Positions 16,058-24,389 of a stretch of 30,002 bases of DNA are shown in pieces (the first letter of the stretch is position 1; every line of letters starts with the position of its first letter). The position numbers were made by a program, and so were the translations under genes. The notes beneath the pieces are model-generated. The model was given only the letters and a program-made list of their open reading frames with translations. It did no database searches and was not told where the DNA came from. Source of the DNA: a virus (taxonomy: Duplodnaviria > Caudoviricetes); the IMG/VR virus record IMGVR_UViG_3300048072_000107, positions 1 to 30,002 of that record; one strand, given 5' to 3'.

Positions 16058-17143
16058 ATGCCGCAGTATCTGCCGCAGGGACGCGGCGGGTGGCGCAATG
16101 CTCTGCCGGCCTGGCTGGCGGAGCACGCCGCCTACGCCGAGCTGGTGTCGCGCTGCCCGACGGCGCCGCGCATCGTGCAGGTGATCGCCGACGCGTGCGA
16201 TCCGCCTGATGCGGAAGGGAATCTGACTCCATGTTTTCTAGCAGCCGCAGACATTGCCGAGCGGGCCAGGGTGAACCGGGCCACGTTCTGGCGCGTGATC
16301 CGCGAGTTGATCAGCGTTGGCGCCGTGGTGCTTCTGGCTCGCGGCGGGACGGTGCGGGTAGGGCGCCGCGGCGTCAACGCGCAGAGCACATACGGAGTTC
16401 CCGGCCGGTATGGGGGACTCTCGCACCGGGCCGTGCAGCAGGAGCGGCGCGTCGCATCGACGGACGGAGAGGGAAGGCGAAAGTTTCAGGTCCTGCAGGC
16501 TGGCGCACAGCCCAGTCTGTGGGTTGAACGAGCAGACGTAACCAGCGGGACACAAGCGCCCGCCAGCATTCCGCCGGTTTGCCCACAAACGGTCGGGCCA
16601 GATGTCAGGCCCGCGGCGGACAACCTGAAATCACTGGGGGTGTCGCATGACGCGACTACCCCCAGTCGCATGACGCGACTACCCCCAGTCGCTTCATGCG
16701 ACACTACCATTCCATATACCAATAGGGATGGTAGTAAAAAACCATGGGTAAACGGCGATGGTGCTTTGCTCGCAAAGCCTGCAGAGAAGAGACGCGGAAA
16801 GCGATGTCCGCATATCGCCGGGCCGAACGTGCTGGGTGACGACGCGTTGCTATCAGAGCTCTATGTCGCGTGCGTCGACGTGGGGCTGGCCAGGGCGACA
16901 GAGCACGGCCGGCACCAGTTCTGGGCGGCCGCAGAGTGCGCCCTGCGGCAAGGTCGCGACCCGTGCAAGTTGTTTGCCAGCATGGTCAACGGTGGCGACT
17001 TCATCGAAGGCGGTTCCCTGTGGGTCACCGGGCATGATGAGGATGCCGCATCGGCCAGGCTGAAGCGGCGGAGTTACGACGAAGCCCCTCGGGCGGACAC
17101 AAGGTCGTGGCAAGAGCGGGCGTACTGGGATCCGGAGGCGTGA
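16058..17143 (+). CDS. Replication initiator (N-terminal HTH, internal iterons; lambda O-like organisation)
   Basis: AADIAERARVNRATFWRVIRELISVG winged HTH; direct repeats in the linker region. Confidence 0.7.
   Translation: MPQYLPQGRGGWRNALPAWLAEHAAYAELVSRCPTAPRIVQVIADACDPPDAEGNLTPCFLAAADIAERARVNRATFWRVIRELISVGAVVLLARGGTVRVGRRGVNAQSTYGVPGRYGGLSHRAVQQERRVASTDGEGRRKFQVLQAGAQPSLWVERADVTSGTQAPASIPPVCPQTVGPDVRPAADNLKSLGVSHDATTPSRMTRLPPVASCDTTIPYTNRDGSKKPWVNGDGALLAKPAEKRRGKRCPHIAGPNVLGDDALLSELYVACVDVGLARATEHGRHQFWAAAECALRQGRDPCKLFASMVNGGDFIEGGSLWVTGHDEDAASARLKRRSYDEAPRADTRSWQERAYWDPEA
16642..16741. repeat. Iterons and adjacent AT-rich tract: probable phage replication origin
   Basis: GTCGCATGACGCGACTACCCCCA twice (16642-16687), an inverted-type third copy GTCGCTTCATGCGAC (16688-16702), then AT-richer TTCCATATACCAATA...TAAAAAA. 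Confidence 0.75.
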
Positions 17144-17147
17144 GGCG

Positions 17148-17600
17148 ATGAAGATCACCGAGGACATTCGCCGAAGCATGAGGGCCGGAATGCTGCGCAC
17201 TCCAGGCATCATCGCAACCGTCAACCGCATCGCGTTCCGGGTTGCGGCGCGGCACCACGTGCTGATCACCGACCTGATGGGGGCGGAACGGACCAAGACA
17301 CAGGAGGTGGGCATGGCCCGCCTCGAGTTCGTCGCGGTGGTCCGCGAAGCGATCGTTCAGCACCGCGTGCAGAAGCACACGTTACGGCTGCGCGAGCAGT
17401 TCCAGCGATTGGAATTCAACCCGGCCCGGTGGCGGGTGCTATCGACAATCCACCTCGCCGTGCTCATTGGAGCATCCGACCACACCGCGGTGGTCAACAT
17501 GCTGAAACGCAAGCGCCTGCTCGATCAGAAACTGGAAGGCGGGAGCGAGCAGTTGGTCCCAAGCTGCGAACCTCAAGCGGCAGAGGCGTGCACGTCATGA
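17148..17600 (+). CDS. DnaA domain IV (C-terminal HTH)-like protein
   Basis: VAARHHV..TDLMG.ER...V.MAR and LS...LA.LIG.SDHTAV resemble the Bac_DnaA_C pattern (DHTTV). Confidence 0.65.
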   Translation: MKITEDIRRSMRAGMLRTPGIIATVNRIAFRVAARHHVLITDLMGAERTKTQEVGMARLEFVAVVREAIVQHRVQKHTLRLREQFQRLEFNPARWRVLSTIHLAVLIGASDHTAVVNMLKRKRLLDQKLEGGSEQLVPSCEPQAAEACTS

Positions 17601-18763
17601 GCGACAAATCCAAAATCGAATGGACCGACGCGACGTGGAACCCCACGCGCGGATGCACCAAGGTGTCCGCCGGCTGTAAAAATTGCTACGCGGAGACGTT
17701 TGCGGAGCGGTGGCGTGGCATACCCGGCCATCCCTACGAGCAGGGATTCGATCTGCGGCTTGTTCCGGACAAGCTTTCCGATCCGCTTTCGTGGAAAAAG
17801 CCGCGCCGCATTTTCGTCAACAGCATGTCGGACCTGTTCCACGAAGGCGTGCCGTTTGAGTACATCGATTGTGTTTTCGCGGTGATGAATGCGACGGCGT
17901 ACCAGTTGCCGCTGCCGAGCGATTTGCGCAAGGTGCAGCGATGGCACACCTATCAAATCCTGACCAAGCGCCCCGAGCGGATGGCTGAATATCTCGCCTC
18001 CCGGATGCAGCGTTACTCCGGTGATGATAATCCCATATTCATCGCGGGCCGCGGCAAAGATGGGGTGCTGCGCGGATGGGGCGGAGAGTTGATGAATGCC
18101 GGGGCGTGCCTGATGTGGCCCATGCCCAACGTGTGGCTGGGGACGAGCGTCGAGAATCAGGAGACCGCAGACCAGCGGATCCCCGAGCTGCTGAAGGTCC
18201 CGGCCGCGGTTCGTTTCCTCTCGTGCGAGCCGCTGCTGGGGCCGATCAGGCTGCCGCTGTTTACCGACACCGGCGAGGACATGCCCGAGGACGAGCGGCG
18301 TCAGTGCGGCCTGCCGGCGACCATCATTCAAAGCTACGGAGCGCCGCCGGGATCACGCATCGACTGGGTCATTGCCGGAGGCGAGAGTGGACCCAACGCG
18401 CGGTCGATGCATCCGGATTGGGTGCGGTCGCTGCGTGACCAGTGCACCGCTGCGGGCGTGCCGTTTTTCTTCAAGCAGTGGGGCGCGTGGACCGAGGCGT
18501 ATCGCTTCAATAGCCATCATCATTGGGTTAACAAAGCGAGTACGCACACAGTCAAGCAACCCCGCATTTATCTCGGCAGAAACGGCCGCGACTGCAAAAT
18601 CGGAGCTGATTTCACGCCCGAAGTGTTCCCCGTTTCTCTGATGGGCCGAGTTACCAAGTCGGCAGCAGGCCGCGAACTCGACGGCCGCACGTGGGATGAA
18701 TACCCGCACTGCTCACAGAGCAGTGGCACACCCGCTCAAGCCTGCGAGCACCGCGAGCCATGA
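17597..18763 (+). CDS. Phage Gp37/Gp68 family (DUF5131) protein
   Basis: SKIEWTDATWNPTRGCTKVSAGCKNCYA, IFVNSMSDLFH, LTKRP, FLSCEPLLG, DWVIAGGESG, FFFKQWG, GRELDGRTWDEYP. Confidence 0.92.
   Translation: MSDKSKIEWTDATWNPTRGCTKVSAGCKNCYAETFAERWRGIPGHPYEQGFDLRLVPDKLSDPLSWKKPRRIFVNSMSDLFHEGVPFEYIDCVFAVMNATAYQLPLPSDLRKVQRWHTYQILTKRPERMAEYLASRMQRYSGDDNPIFIAGRGKDGVLRGWGGELMNAGACLMWPMPNVWLGTSVENQETADQRIPELLKVPAAVRFLSCEPLLGPIRLPLFTDTGEDMPEDERRQCGLPATIIQSYGAPPGSRIDWVIAGGESGPNARSMHPDWVRSLRDQCTAAGVPFFFKQWGAWTEAYRFNSHHHWVNKASTHTVKQPRIYLGRNGRDCKIGADFTPEVFPVSLMGRVTKSAAGRELDGRTWDEYPHCSQSSGTPAQACEHREP
18706..18731. repeat. REP-like palindromic repeat, copy 3 (inside the 3' end of the DUF5131 gene)
   Basis: GCACTGCTCACAGAGCAGTGGCACAC, one loop mismatch. 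Confidence 0.85.
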
Positions 18764-19335
18764 CATTCAGCCGCCCCGACAACCTGTTGCTCGCCATCGA
18801 CCCCGCATCCCACGTCACCGGCTACGCGGTGCTCGGGGGGCTCGAATCGCGGGACCTGGTCGACGCCGGGTTGTTGCGGGCGAGTGAAGCGATTCACCAG
18901 GGCACGGACGCATGGTTGTGCCAGCCGGAGCTGAAGGCATGCCGGCGGATCCTGTCGCTTGCGTCCGAGCTGCAGACGCTGCTTGCGGAATATGCCGGGC
19001 GAATTTTTGCAGCGGCGATCGAGATCCCGAGCGGCAAGGCGGGAACTGCCGCCAAGCATGGGGCGCGCGGGTCGCTGACGACATACGGGCTCGCGGCCGG
19101 ATACCTGTGGGCGGAATTGGCGAAGGCGGCAGGCCTCAAGCCCCAAGCCCGGCTTCCGGTCTACCCGATCACCGAGCGGCAATGGACTGTGGACGCGCCC
19201 GCGAAGCACCTGCGCCGAGCGGCCATGCGGCTGGTGTACGGCGGGCGGTTCAACGCGGCGGCGGACGACGGGGTCGATGCGACGGATGCGGTGATGATCG
19301 GGCGCTGGGCTTGGCCGCGGATTACGGAGTCATAG
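18760..19335 (+). CDS. RuvC-like Holliday junction resolvase
   Basis: LLAIDPASHVTGYAVL, AAIE and D..DA acidic motifs of the RNase H fold. Confidence 0.75.
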   Translation: MTFSRPDNLLLAIDPASHVTGYAVLGGLESRDLVDAGLLRASEAIHQGTDAWLCQPELKACRRILSLASELQTLLAEYAGRIFAAAIEIPSGKAGTAAKHGARGSLTTYGLAAGYLWAELAKAAGLKPQARLPVYPITERQWTVDAPAKHLRRAAMRLVYGGRFNAAADDGVDATDAVMIGRWAWPRITES

Positions 19336-19338
19336 CGA

Positions 19339-19968
19339 ATGCACTTGCGATTCAGGCCCATCAGTGACTGGCCCATGGAAAAGCCGCGGCATAGCGCGCG
19401 GCGCTCGCCGTTCAAGGGCGATTGGAACTCCACGCTCAAGCTGCTGGGCAGCGAGCTGGAGCACCTGCGCGTCAGTGACGCGGTGATGCAGATCGACGTC
19501 CGCGAGTCGGACATCCGGCTTGACGGCTGGCCCAAGGGCGAGGCCCGTCCGGCGTCGCCGGCAGTGGCGCTGACGTTCGAATCCAAGCACGGCGCGCAGA
19601 CGGTGCGGTGTTCCGCGTTCAGCGATTGGCGTTCGAATGTGCGCGCGATCGCGCTGGGCCTCGAGGCGCTGCGCAAGGTGGAGAGGTACGGGATTGCCGG
19701 TTCCGGCGAGCAGTATCGCGGCTTCGCGCAGCTGCCGGGACCGGAGACCGATCCGAACCGTCCGTTCCCGAACAAGGAAGAGGCCGCGAGGTTCATGATC
19801 AAGCTGGCTGGGATGCAGGACCTGGCCCCCATCGTGGTCATTACCAGTCCGGAGATCCGCAAGGTCGTCTACCGCGATGCGGCCAAGAAAACCCACCCCG
19901 ACACGGGCGGAGATGCCGAGTTGTTCAAGCTGCTGGGCAAGGCCCAGGAGATGCTGGAGGCGGTTTGA
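19339..19968 (+). CDS. Phage J-domain (DnaJ-like co-chaperone) protein
   Basis: C-terminal YRDAAKKTHPDTGG; N-terminal domain with NVRAIALGLEALRKVERYG typical of this phage family. Confidence 0.85.
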   Translation: MHLRFRPISDWPMEKPRHSARRSPFKGDWNSTLKLLGSELEHLRVSDAVMQIDVRESDIRLDGWPKGEARPASPAVALTFESKHGAQTVRCSAFSDWRSNVRAIALGLEALRKVERYGIAGSGEQYRGFAQLPGPETDPNRPFPNKEEAARFMIKLAGMQDLAPIVVITSPEIRKVVYRDAAKKTHPDTGGDAELFKLLGKAQEMLEAV

Positions 19969-20006
19969 TATTGGGAATACCCAACGCAGCGCTGGTCCGA
20001 AAACGA

Positions 20007-20042
20007 ATCGCGCATAATCGGCAATATAGGACGGTCTGATAA
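20007..20042 (+). repeat. Cassette-junction site A (dif-like)
   Basis: ATCGCGCATAA TCGGCA ATATAGG ACGGT CTGATAA; the last A is the first base of the next ATG. Confidence 0.7.
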
Positions 20043-20806
20043 TGCAATGCGTAGCACACTACTCCGGTGGACTTGCCTCTCACCTCGCCGCGTTCCGTGC
20101 CTCCGAGGAATTTGGGCGCGACAACGTGACGCTGCTGTTTGCGGACACCAAAAGCGAGGATGCCGACCTGTACCGCTTTGTTGGCGAAGGCTCTGAGGCG
20201 CTTAGGTGCCGACTTGTGACAGTGTGTGATGGCCGAACGATATGGCAGGTGATGCGCGACGAGCGATTTCTTGCCAACAGCCGCGTTGATCCATGCTCGC
20301 GAATCCTCAAGCGCGAGATTCTCGACCGCTGGTGCGCCGAGAATGCGCCGGATGCCGTCCACGTCATCGGTTACACGGCGTGCGAGGGAATGAGGTTCAA
20401 CAAGCTGGCGGGAAAGTTCGGCGGAAGGCTACGCGCGCCACTGATGGAAACGCCTACGGTTTCCAAGGATCAAGTGGCCGGCGAGTTCTCGGAATACTTT
20501 CCGAGCATCAGGCCGCCTCGCCTGTACGCCCTGGGCGCTGAACACAACAACTGTGGCGGGGCGTGCGTGAAGGCTGGTCATGCTCATTTTCTATGGTTGC
20601 TCAAGACCATGCCTGAGAAGTACGCCGAATGGGAACGCGAAGAACAGGGCATGCGCGATTTCCTTGGGCGTGACGACGTGGCGATTCTGAAGGATCGTCG
20701 CGGCGGGCTATCCCGGCCGATCACACTGCGGCAGTTTAGAGAGAGGGTCGAAAACGATCAGGCGTTGCCGCTGTTCGATAGGTCAGAATCTTGCATGTGC
20801 GCGTAG
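20042..20806 (+). CDS. PAPS-reductase-like PP-loop protein with Cys cluster
   Basis: YSGGLAS PP-loop, LFADT..ED.DLYRF, CSRILK, HNNCGGACVKAG, terminal SCMC. Confidence 0.8.
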   Translation: MQCVAHYSGGLASHLAAFRASEEFGRDNVTLLFADTKSEDADLYRFVGEGSEALRCRLVTVCDGRTIWQVMRDERFLANSRVDPCSRILKREILDRWCAENAPDAVHVIGYTACEGMRFNKLAGKFGGRLRAPLMETPTVSKDQVAGEFSEYFPSIRPPRLYALGAEHNNCGGACVKAGHAHFLWLLKTMPEKYAEWEREEQGMRDFLGRDDVAILKDRRGGLSRPITLRQFRERVENDQALPLFDRSESCMCA

Positions 20807-20836
20807 CCGAGTAGACCGGCATTCGGACGTGGAGAA
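20804..20836 (+). repeat. Degenerate cassette-junction site B
   Basis: GAGTAGA CCGGCA TTCGGACGTGGAGAA between a stop and the next RBS; shares CGGCA with A and TCGGACGT with C. Confidence 0.4.
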
Positions 20837-20842
20837 AAAACA

Positions 20843-21145
20843 ATGAGCGATAAACCGATGACGTTCGATGCGTGGTACGAAGACTTTCGCAAGCGCGAAC
20901 CGGCAATCAGACCATCTGACGACTGGGCACATTGTTGGGCTATCGCCCAATCCGCGTGCGCCGCCGGGCCGTGGGAAGCGATTGAGGGTGCGCCGAAGGA
21001 TGGGAAGAAATTCCTCGTGCGCGATGCGGTTCGGAATACCAACATGGCGAGCTATGCAATCTCGGAAGAATGCTGGTACGTCAACGGCTACCGCGTGTTC
21101 AGCCTTGGCGGCTGGACCCACTTCTCCCGCCTGGTGCTGCCATGA
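20843..21145 (+). CDS. DUF551-like phage protein
   Basis: WEAIEGAPKDGKKFLV...W...THFSRL pattern; GGAG RBS. Confidence 0.65.
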   Translation: MSDKPMTFDAWYEDFRKREPAIRPSDDWAHCWAIAQSACAAGPWEAIEGAPKDGKKFLVRDAVRNTNMASYAISEECWYVNGYRVFSLGGWTHFSRLVLP

Positions 21146-21318
21146 AGACACGATCCAAGCGACAGGATAACGGGCAGGAGCTGGCGAGGCTCCGCGAACA
21201 GATCGCCGAGGCCAACGCTCTGCTGGAGCGGACGCGCGAGCAGTTGGTGGCGTGCAACCACATGCCCGAAGCCGACGAAATTTCGGAATACCTGGCGAAG
21301 TGGAAGGTGAAGCCATGA
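21142..21318 (+). CDS. Small coiled-coil phage protein
   Basis: ATGA overlaps at both ends. Confidence 0.6.
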   Translation: MKTRSKRQDNGQELARLREQIAEANALLERTREQLVACNHMPEADEISEYLAKWKVKP

Positions 21319-21509
21319 GCACCGCCGGACGCCTAGCCCTTGAGACGCTGAACCTCGAAACGATCGCGCGTCAGGCGGATGAAATCAAGACGCTACAGGC
21401 CCGGCTCGCCGAGGCGGAGAAGCTGCTGAAGGAATGCCGCGGCAAGCGTCACGCAACATTCGTTATCGACGGCGACGTGGACGCATACTTCGCGAAAGGA
21501 AAACCATGA
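21315..21509 (+). CDS. Small coiled-coil phage protein
   Basis: ATGA overlaps; AAGGTG RBS. Confidence 0.65.
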   Translation: MSTAGRLALETLNLETIARQADEIKTLQARLAEAEKLLKECRGKRHATFVIDGDVDAYFAKGKP

Positions 21510-21718
21510 GCTACAAATTGGCGGCATGCCAACATTGCAACGTCCTGTTTGCGGACATCGTAGTTCCGAGATTGCATGAGCCTAAGTTGGGCGGGGGATG
21601 GTTAGCGCCGGAAGTGCCCTTTGTCTGGTCGGTCTGCAAATCGTGCGAACGGACGATGAAGGCCATGCAAGAAGAATACGAACGCGAGGCCAACGCCGCG
21701 AAAGGAAAAACGGAATGA
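21506..21718 (+). CDS. Small Zn-finger protein
   Basis: CQHC...CKSC; AAAGGA RBS; ATGA overlaps. Confidence 0.65.
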   Translation: MSYKLAACQHCNVLFADIVVPRLHEPKLGGGWLAPEVPFVWSVCKSCERTMKAMQEEYEREANAAKGKTE

Positions 21719-22782
21719 ATCTCATACTCGCAACCATGCTGCTGTTACCGCCCCCGTCGATGGACCCCACGGGCGACCACCGGGCGGACGGCAACGACGT
21801 GCTCGCGATCCGTGCGCCGGGGACGTGGGGCATGCCGACTGCGGACCTGCCATATGTGGTCTACGCGACCGATGCCACGACGTGGGCTGCGGCACTGGAG
21901 CGCAGCCGTCGCGAAGACACGATAATCGTCGTGGCGGGTGTGATACCGGCTCGTGCCGGCGACACGCTCGGCGCGATGGACCGCCGCACGACGGTGCTCG
22001 GCGTGGTGACGCGCGGTGCCGGCGGAGTGCCGATATACCCGACGCTCGATTACGCGGCCTACCTGTCAACGATGCTGCTGAATCCTCCAATCGAAGATCC
22101 CAACGGCGTCAATGCCTACGGTGACGTGACCGTTCGCGGGGTGGCGTTTACCAACTACCGGGCGAGCGGTGCGCCGCTGAAGTTTCAATCGGGCGTGCGG
22201 CTGGACGTGCATGAGTGCCGATTCCAGAACGTGGGCGACACCATGCTGAGCCGCGCGCCGTTCTCCTGCGGCATCGTTACCAGCAGCACCATAGGCCCGG
22301 CGTCGATCAACATCACGAACAACCAGTTCGTTCGCGTGGCCAACGTCAACGGCAATCGCCTGTCGCGCTGCATCTACATCCCGAGCGCGGGCACGATCAG
22401 CATCCATGACAACGGGTACACGGACTGCGGCCAGTGCTGGGGCGTCTGGGGCTCAAGCGTGGACGTTTACCAGGAGATCGTGAGCACCAGCGCATGCGTC
22501 ATGATGCCCGGCCAGGAGGACAAGCGATTCGCCCCGGTCGTGTGCAGCCTCACGGGCATGGGGAATTACCACAACATCAAGATCATCGGCCCGGTGGCGC
22601 GACCATTCGGACGCGGGCCGGCTGACGGATGCACGATTGATTACAACGATTACTCGAAGATGACGTGGGCAGATTATGACGGCTACGGCCGCACGATGTT
22701 CGTGGAAGGTGGCGTCGGCGCGTGGTCGGACGCGGCATGGTTCGCGAGGTTCGACGGTCACAGCGTGAGGGCGGGACGCTAG
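21715..22782 (+). CDS. Exported right-handed beta-helix protein with an N-terminal dockerin/EF-hand-like loop
   Basis: Short hydrophobic N-terminus, DPTGDHRADGNDVLAI, repeats VTVRGVAF / VHECRFQNVG / ITNNQF / SIHDN. Confidence 0.6.
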   Translation: MNLILATMLLLPPPSMDPTGDHRADGNDVLAIRAPGTWGMPTADLPYVVYATDATTWAAALERSRREDTIIVVAGVIPARAGDTLGAMDRRTTVLGVVTRGAGGVPIYPTLDYAAYLSTMLLNPPIEDPNGVNAYGDVTVRGVAFTNYRASGAPLKFQSGVRLDVHECRFQNVGDTMLSRAPFSCGIVTSSTIGPASINITNNQFVRVANVNGNRLSRCIYIPSAGTISIHDNGYTDCGQCWGVWGSSVDVYQEIVSTSACVMMPGQEDKRFAPVVCSLTGMGNYHNIKIIGPVARPFGRGPADGCTIDYNDYSKMTWADYDGYGRTMFVEGGVGAWSDAAWFARFDGHSVRAGR

Positions 22783-23535
22783 ATGCGGCCATACTACGAA
22801 CAGGACGGGATCACGATCTACCACGGGGACTGCCGGGAAGTGCTGGCGGACCTCGAGACGGCATCCGTCGATCTGGTCTTGACCGATCCGCCATATGCCA
22901 TATCGCAGGATGGAGTGGTCCACGTTAGCCAGGTCGGCAAGGGGTCACGCAATTTCGACTTCTTTCCGGGCGACACCGATTGGCCGGCAACTCGAGAAAT
23001 GGTTACGGCTGTCGCCTCAGAATGCCTACGGGTCTGCAAGCCGCCTCGCAGCATGTACTGGTGGTGCGGACACCGGCAGTTTGGTGACCTGGTGAATCTA
23101 TTTGAGGCCGCGGACCTCGAGACTCGGTTTCTGGTCTGGTCAAAGTTATGCCCGTCCCCGCCTCCACCTGGTGCCGGATGGCCGAGCGGTGCCGAGCTGT
23201 GCGTTTATGCCTACGAGCGCGGCCGCAAGTGGGCTTACACGCCCGCAAATGTTCCCCGCAGCAATGTGATCGTGGCGGACAGCTACAGGCATGGGCAACC
23301 CGGAAAAAGGAATCACCCCACGCAAAAGCGGCCCGTCCTGAAAAGCGTTCCCATGCTGGCGTCGAGCATCGAAGGTGACATGGTGCTCGATCCATTTATG
23401 GGAAGCGGTACGACTCTCGAGGTGGCGAAACTTCTTGGCCGCCGCGCCATCGGAATAGACCTCGAGGAAAGCTATTGCGAGGACGTAGTGAACCGTTTGC
23501 GGCAAGGCGTGTTGGGATTTACCAACGCAACTTAA
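22783..23535 (+). CDS. DNA methyltransferase, N6A/N4C beta class
   Basis: IYHGDC, TDPPY (motif IV) preceding HPTQK and DPFMGSGTT (motif I). Confidence 0.92.
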   Translation: MRPYYEQDGITIYHGDCREVLADLETASVDLVLTDPPYAISQDGVVHVSQVGKGSRNFDFFPGDTDWPATREMVTAVASECLRVCKPPRSMYWWCGHRQFGDLVNLFEAADLETRFLVWSKLCPSPPPPGAGWPSGAELCVYAYERGRKWAYTPANVPRSNVIVADSYRHGQPGKRNHPTQKRPVLKSVPMLASSIEGDMVLDPFMGSGTTLEVAKLLGRRAIGIDLEESYCEDVVNRLRQGVLGFTNAT

Positions 23536-23562
23536 GTTACCTTCTCGGACGTTGACCGATAA
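23525..23562 (+). repeat. Cassette-junction site C (dif-like)
   Basis: ACGCAACTTAA GTTACC TTCTCGG ACGTTGA CCGATAA; its TAA is the methyltransferase stop and the next ATG is at 23565. Confidence 0.75.
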
Positions 23563-23564
23563 AA

Positions 23565-24182
23565 ATGCTGATCTTCCTAGATAGCCCACGAAACGACTGG
23601 TCGAACCGAGCAGCAGAGTTGCCAGCCGACGCAATTGCAGGGCAACTGCTGACGCCGCTCACGAGCCAGAGCTACGTTGGCGCTCCCGTTCCGTGGGCAG
23701 CGGACAACGGCGCGTTCAGCAACTTTAACGGCAAGCGATTCGTTTCGTTCCTGAAGCGCCGGGCCGAGCATCGCGGGACGTGCAAATTTGTGGCGTGCCC
23801 CGACGTGGTAGGTTCGGCACGCCGCACGCTCGAATGCTTTCACGAGTGGTATGCACGGCTGAACGGCTGGCCGATCGCGCTGGTGTGCCAGGACGGACAA
23901 GAGGACTTGCCGATTCCGTGGGACTTGATTGCCGCCGTGTTCATCGGTGGCAGCACAAAATGGAAGTTGTCGGAATGCGCCGCGAGCATCATCCGCGCAG
24001 CTGGCGTTATCGGGAAGTGGAGCCATGTCGGGCGCGTGAACACGCCTGAGCGGTTCGATTGGGCGCTGTCCGTCGGCGCTGACTCCATCGACGGGGGCGG
24101 GATCAGTCAATACAGCCACATGCGTAAACGGCTGGGCGAGGCAAACGAACTGTTCGGAGACGTGGCGTGTCAAAGCGAGTGA
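23565..24182 (+). CDS. TIM-barrel protein of the tRNA-guanine transglycosylase / DpdA-like superfamily (tentative)
   Basis: WAADNGAF, PDVVG, VFIGGS, HVGRVN, DSIDG resemble the DSGxF...PD...GG...H.LG...S.D layout. Confidence 0.55.
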   Translation: MLIFLDSPRNDWSNRAAELPADAIAGQLLTPLTSQSYVGAPVPWAADNGAFSNFNGKRFVSFLKRRAEHRGTCKFVACPDVVGSARRTLECFHEWYARLNGWPIALVCQDGQEDLPIPWDLIAAVFIGGSTKWKLSECAASIIRAAGVIGKWSHVGRVNTPERFDWALSVGADSIDGGGISQYSHMRKRLGEANELFGDVACQSE

Positions 24183-24370
24183 ACCTTACCATTGAGTGGC
24201 AGTGCCAGCAGATCGGCTGTTCCAACGGGGTGACGCTGAAGCTCGATTACATCATCGACGCGGAGGACGTAGACGCGATGCTGCGACGCGCAGCGCGGGC
24301 CGTGGGATTCAAGAGCTTCAAGCGGAAGTTGATGTGCCCGACGTGCCACGAGGCGCAAGTTACCTTCTAG
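24167..24370 (+). CDS. Small Zn-finger protein
   Basis: GGAG then GTG start; CQQIGC...CPTC; its stop lies within site D. Confidence 0.6.
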   Translation: MSKRVNLTIEWQCQQIGCSNGVTLKLDYIIDAEDVDAMLRRAARAVGFKSFKRKLMCPTCHEAQVTF

Positions 24371-24385
24371 GACGTTGGCCGATAA
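24348..24385 (+). repeat. Cassette-junction site D (dif-like)
   Basis: ACGAGGCGCAA GTTACC TTCTAGG ACGTTGG CCGATAA; 27/29 identical to site C over 24357-24385. Confidence 0.75.
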
Positions 24386-24389
24386 TAAC

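Noticed and set aside
16642-16702. Mini-CRISPR or protein repeat in the replication gene
   Set aside because: Repeats are contiguous with no unique spacers and have a 23-bp period (not a multiple of 3), consistent with DNA-level iterons
13723-18731. CRISPR array from the 28-bp palindromic repeat
   Set aside because: Copies are 1.4 and 3.6 kb apart with genes in between; no spacer periodicity and no cas genes
21491-21710. Repeated CGCGAAAGGAAAA at two gene ends
   Set aside because: Explained by Shine-Dalgarno sequences embedded in translationally coupled gene ends; too short to call a separate element
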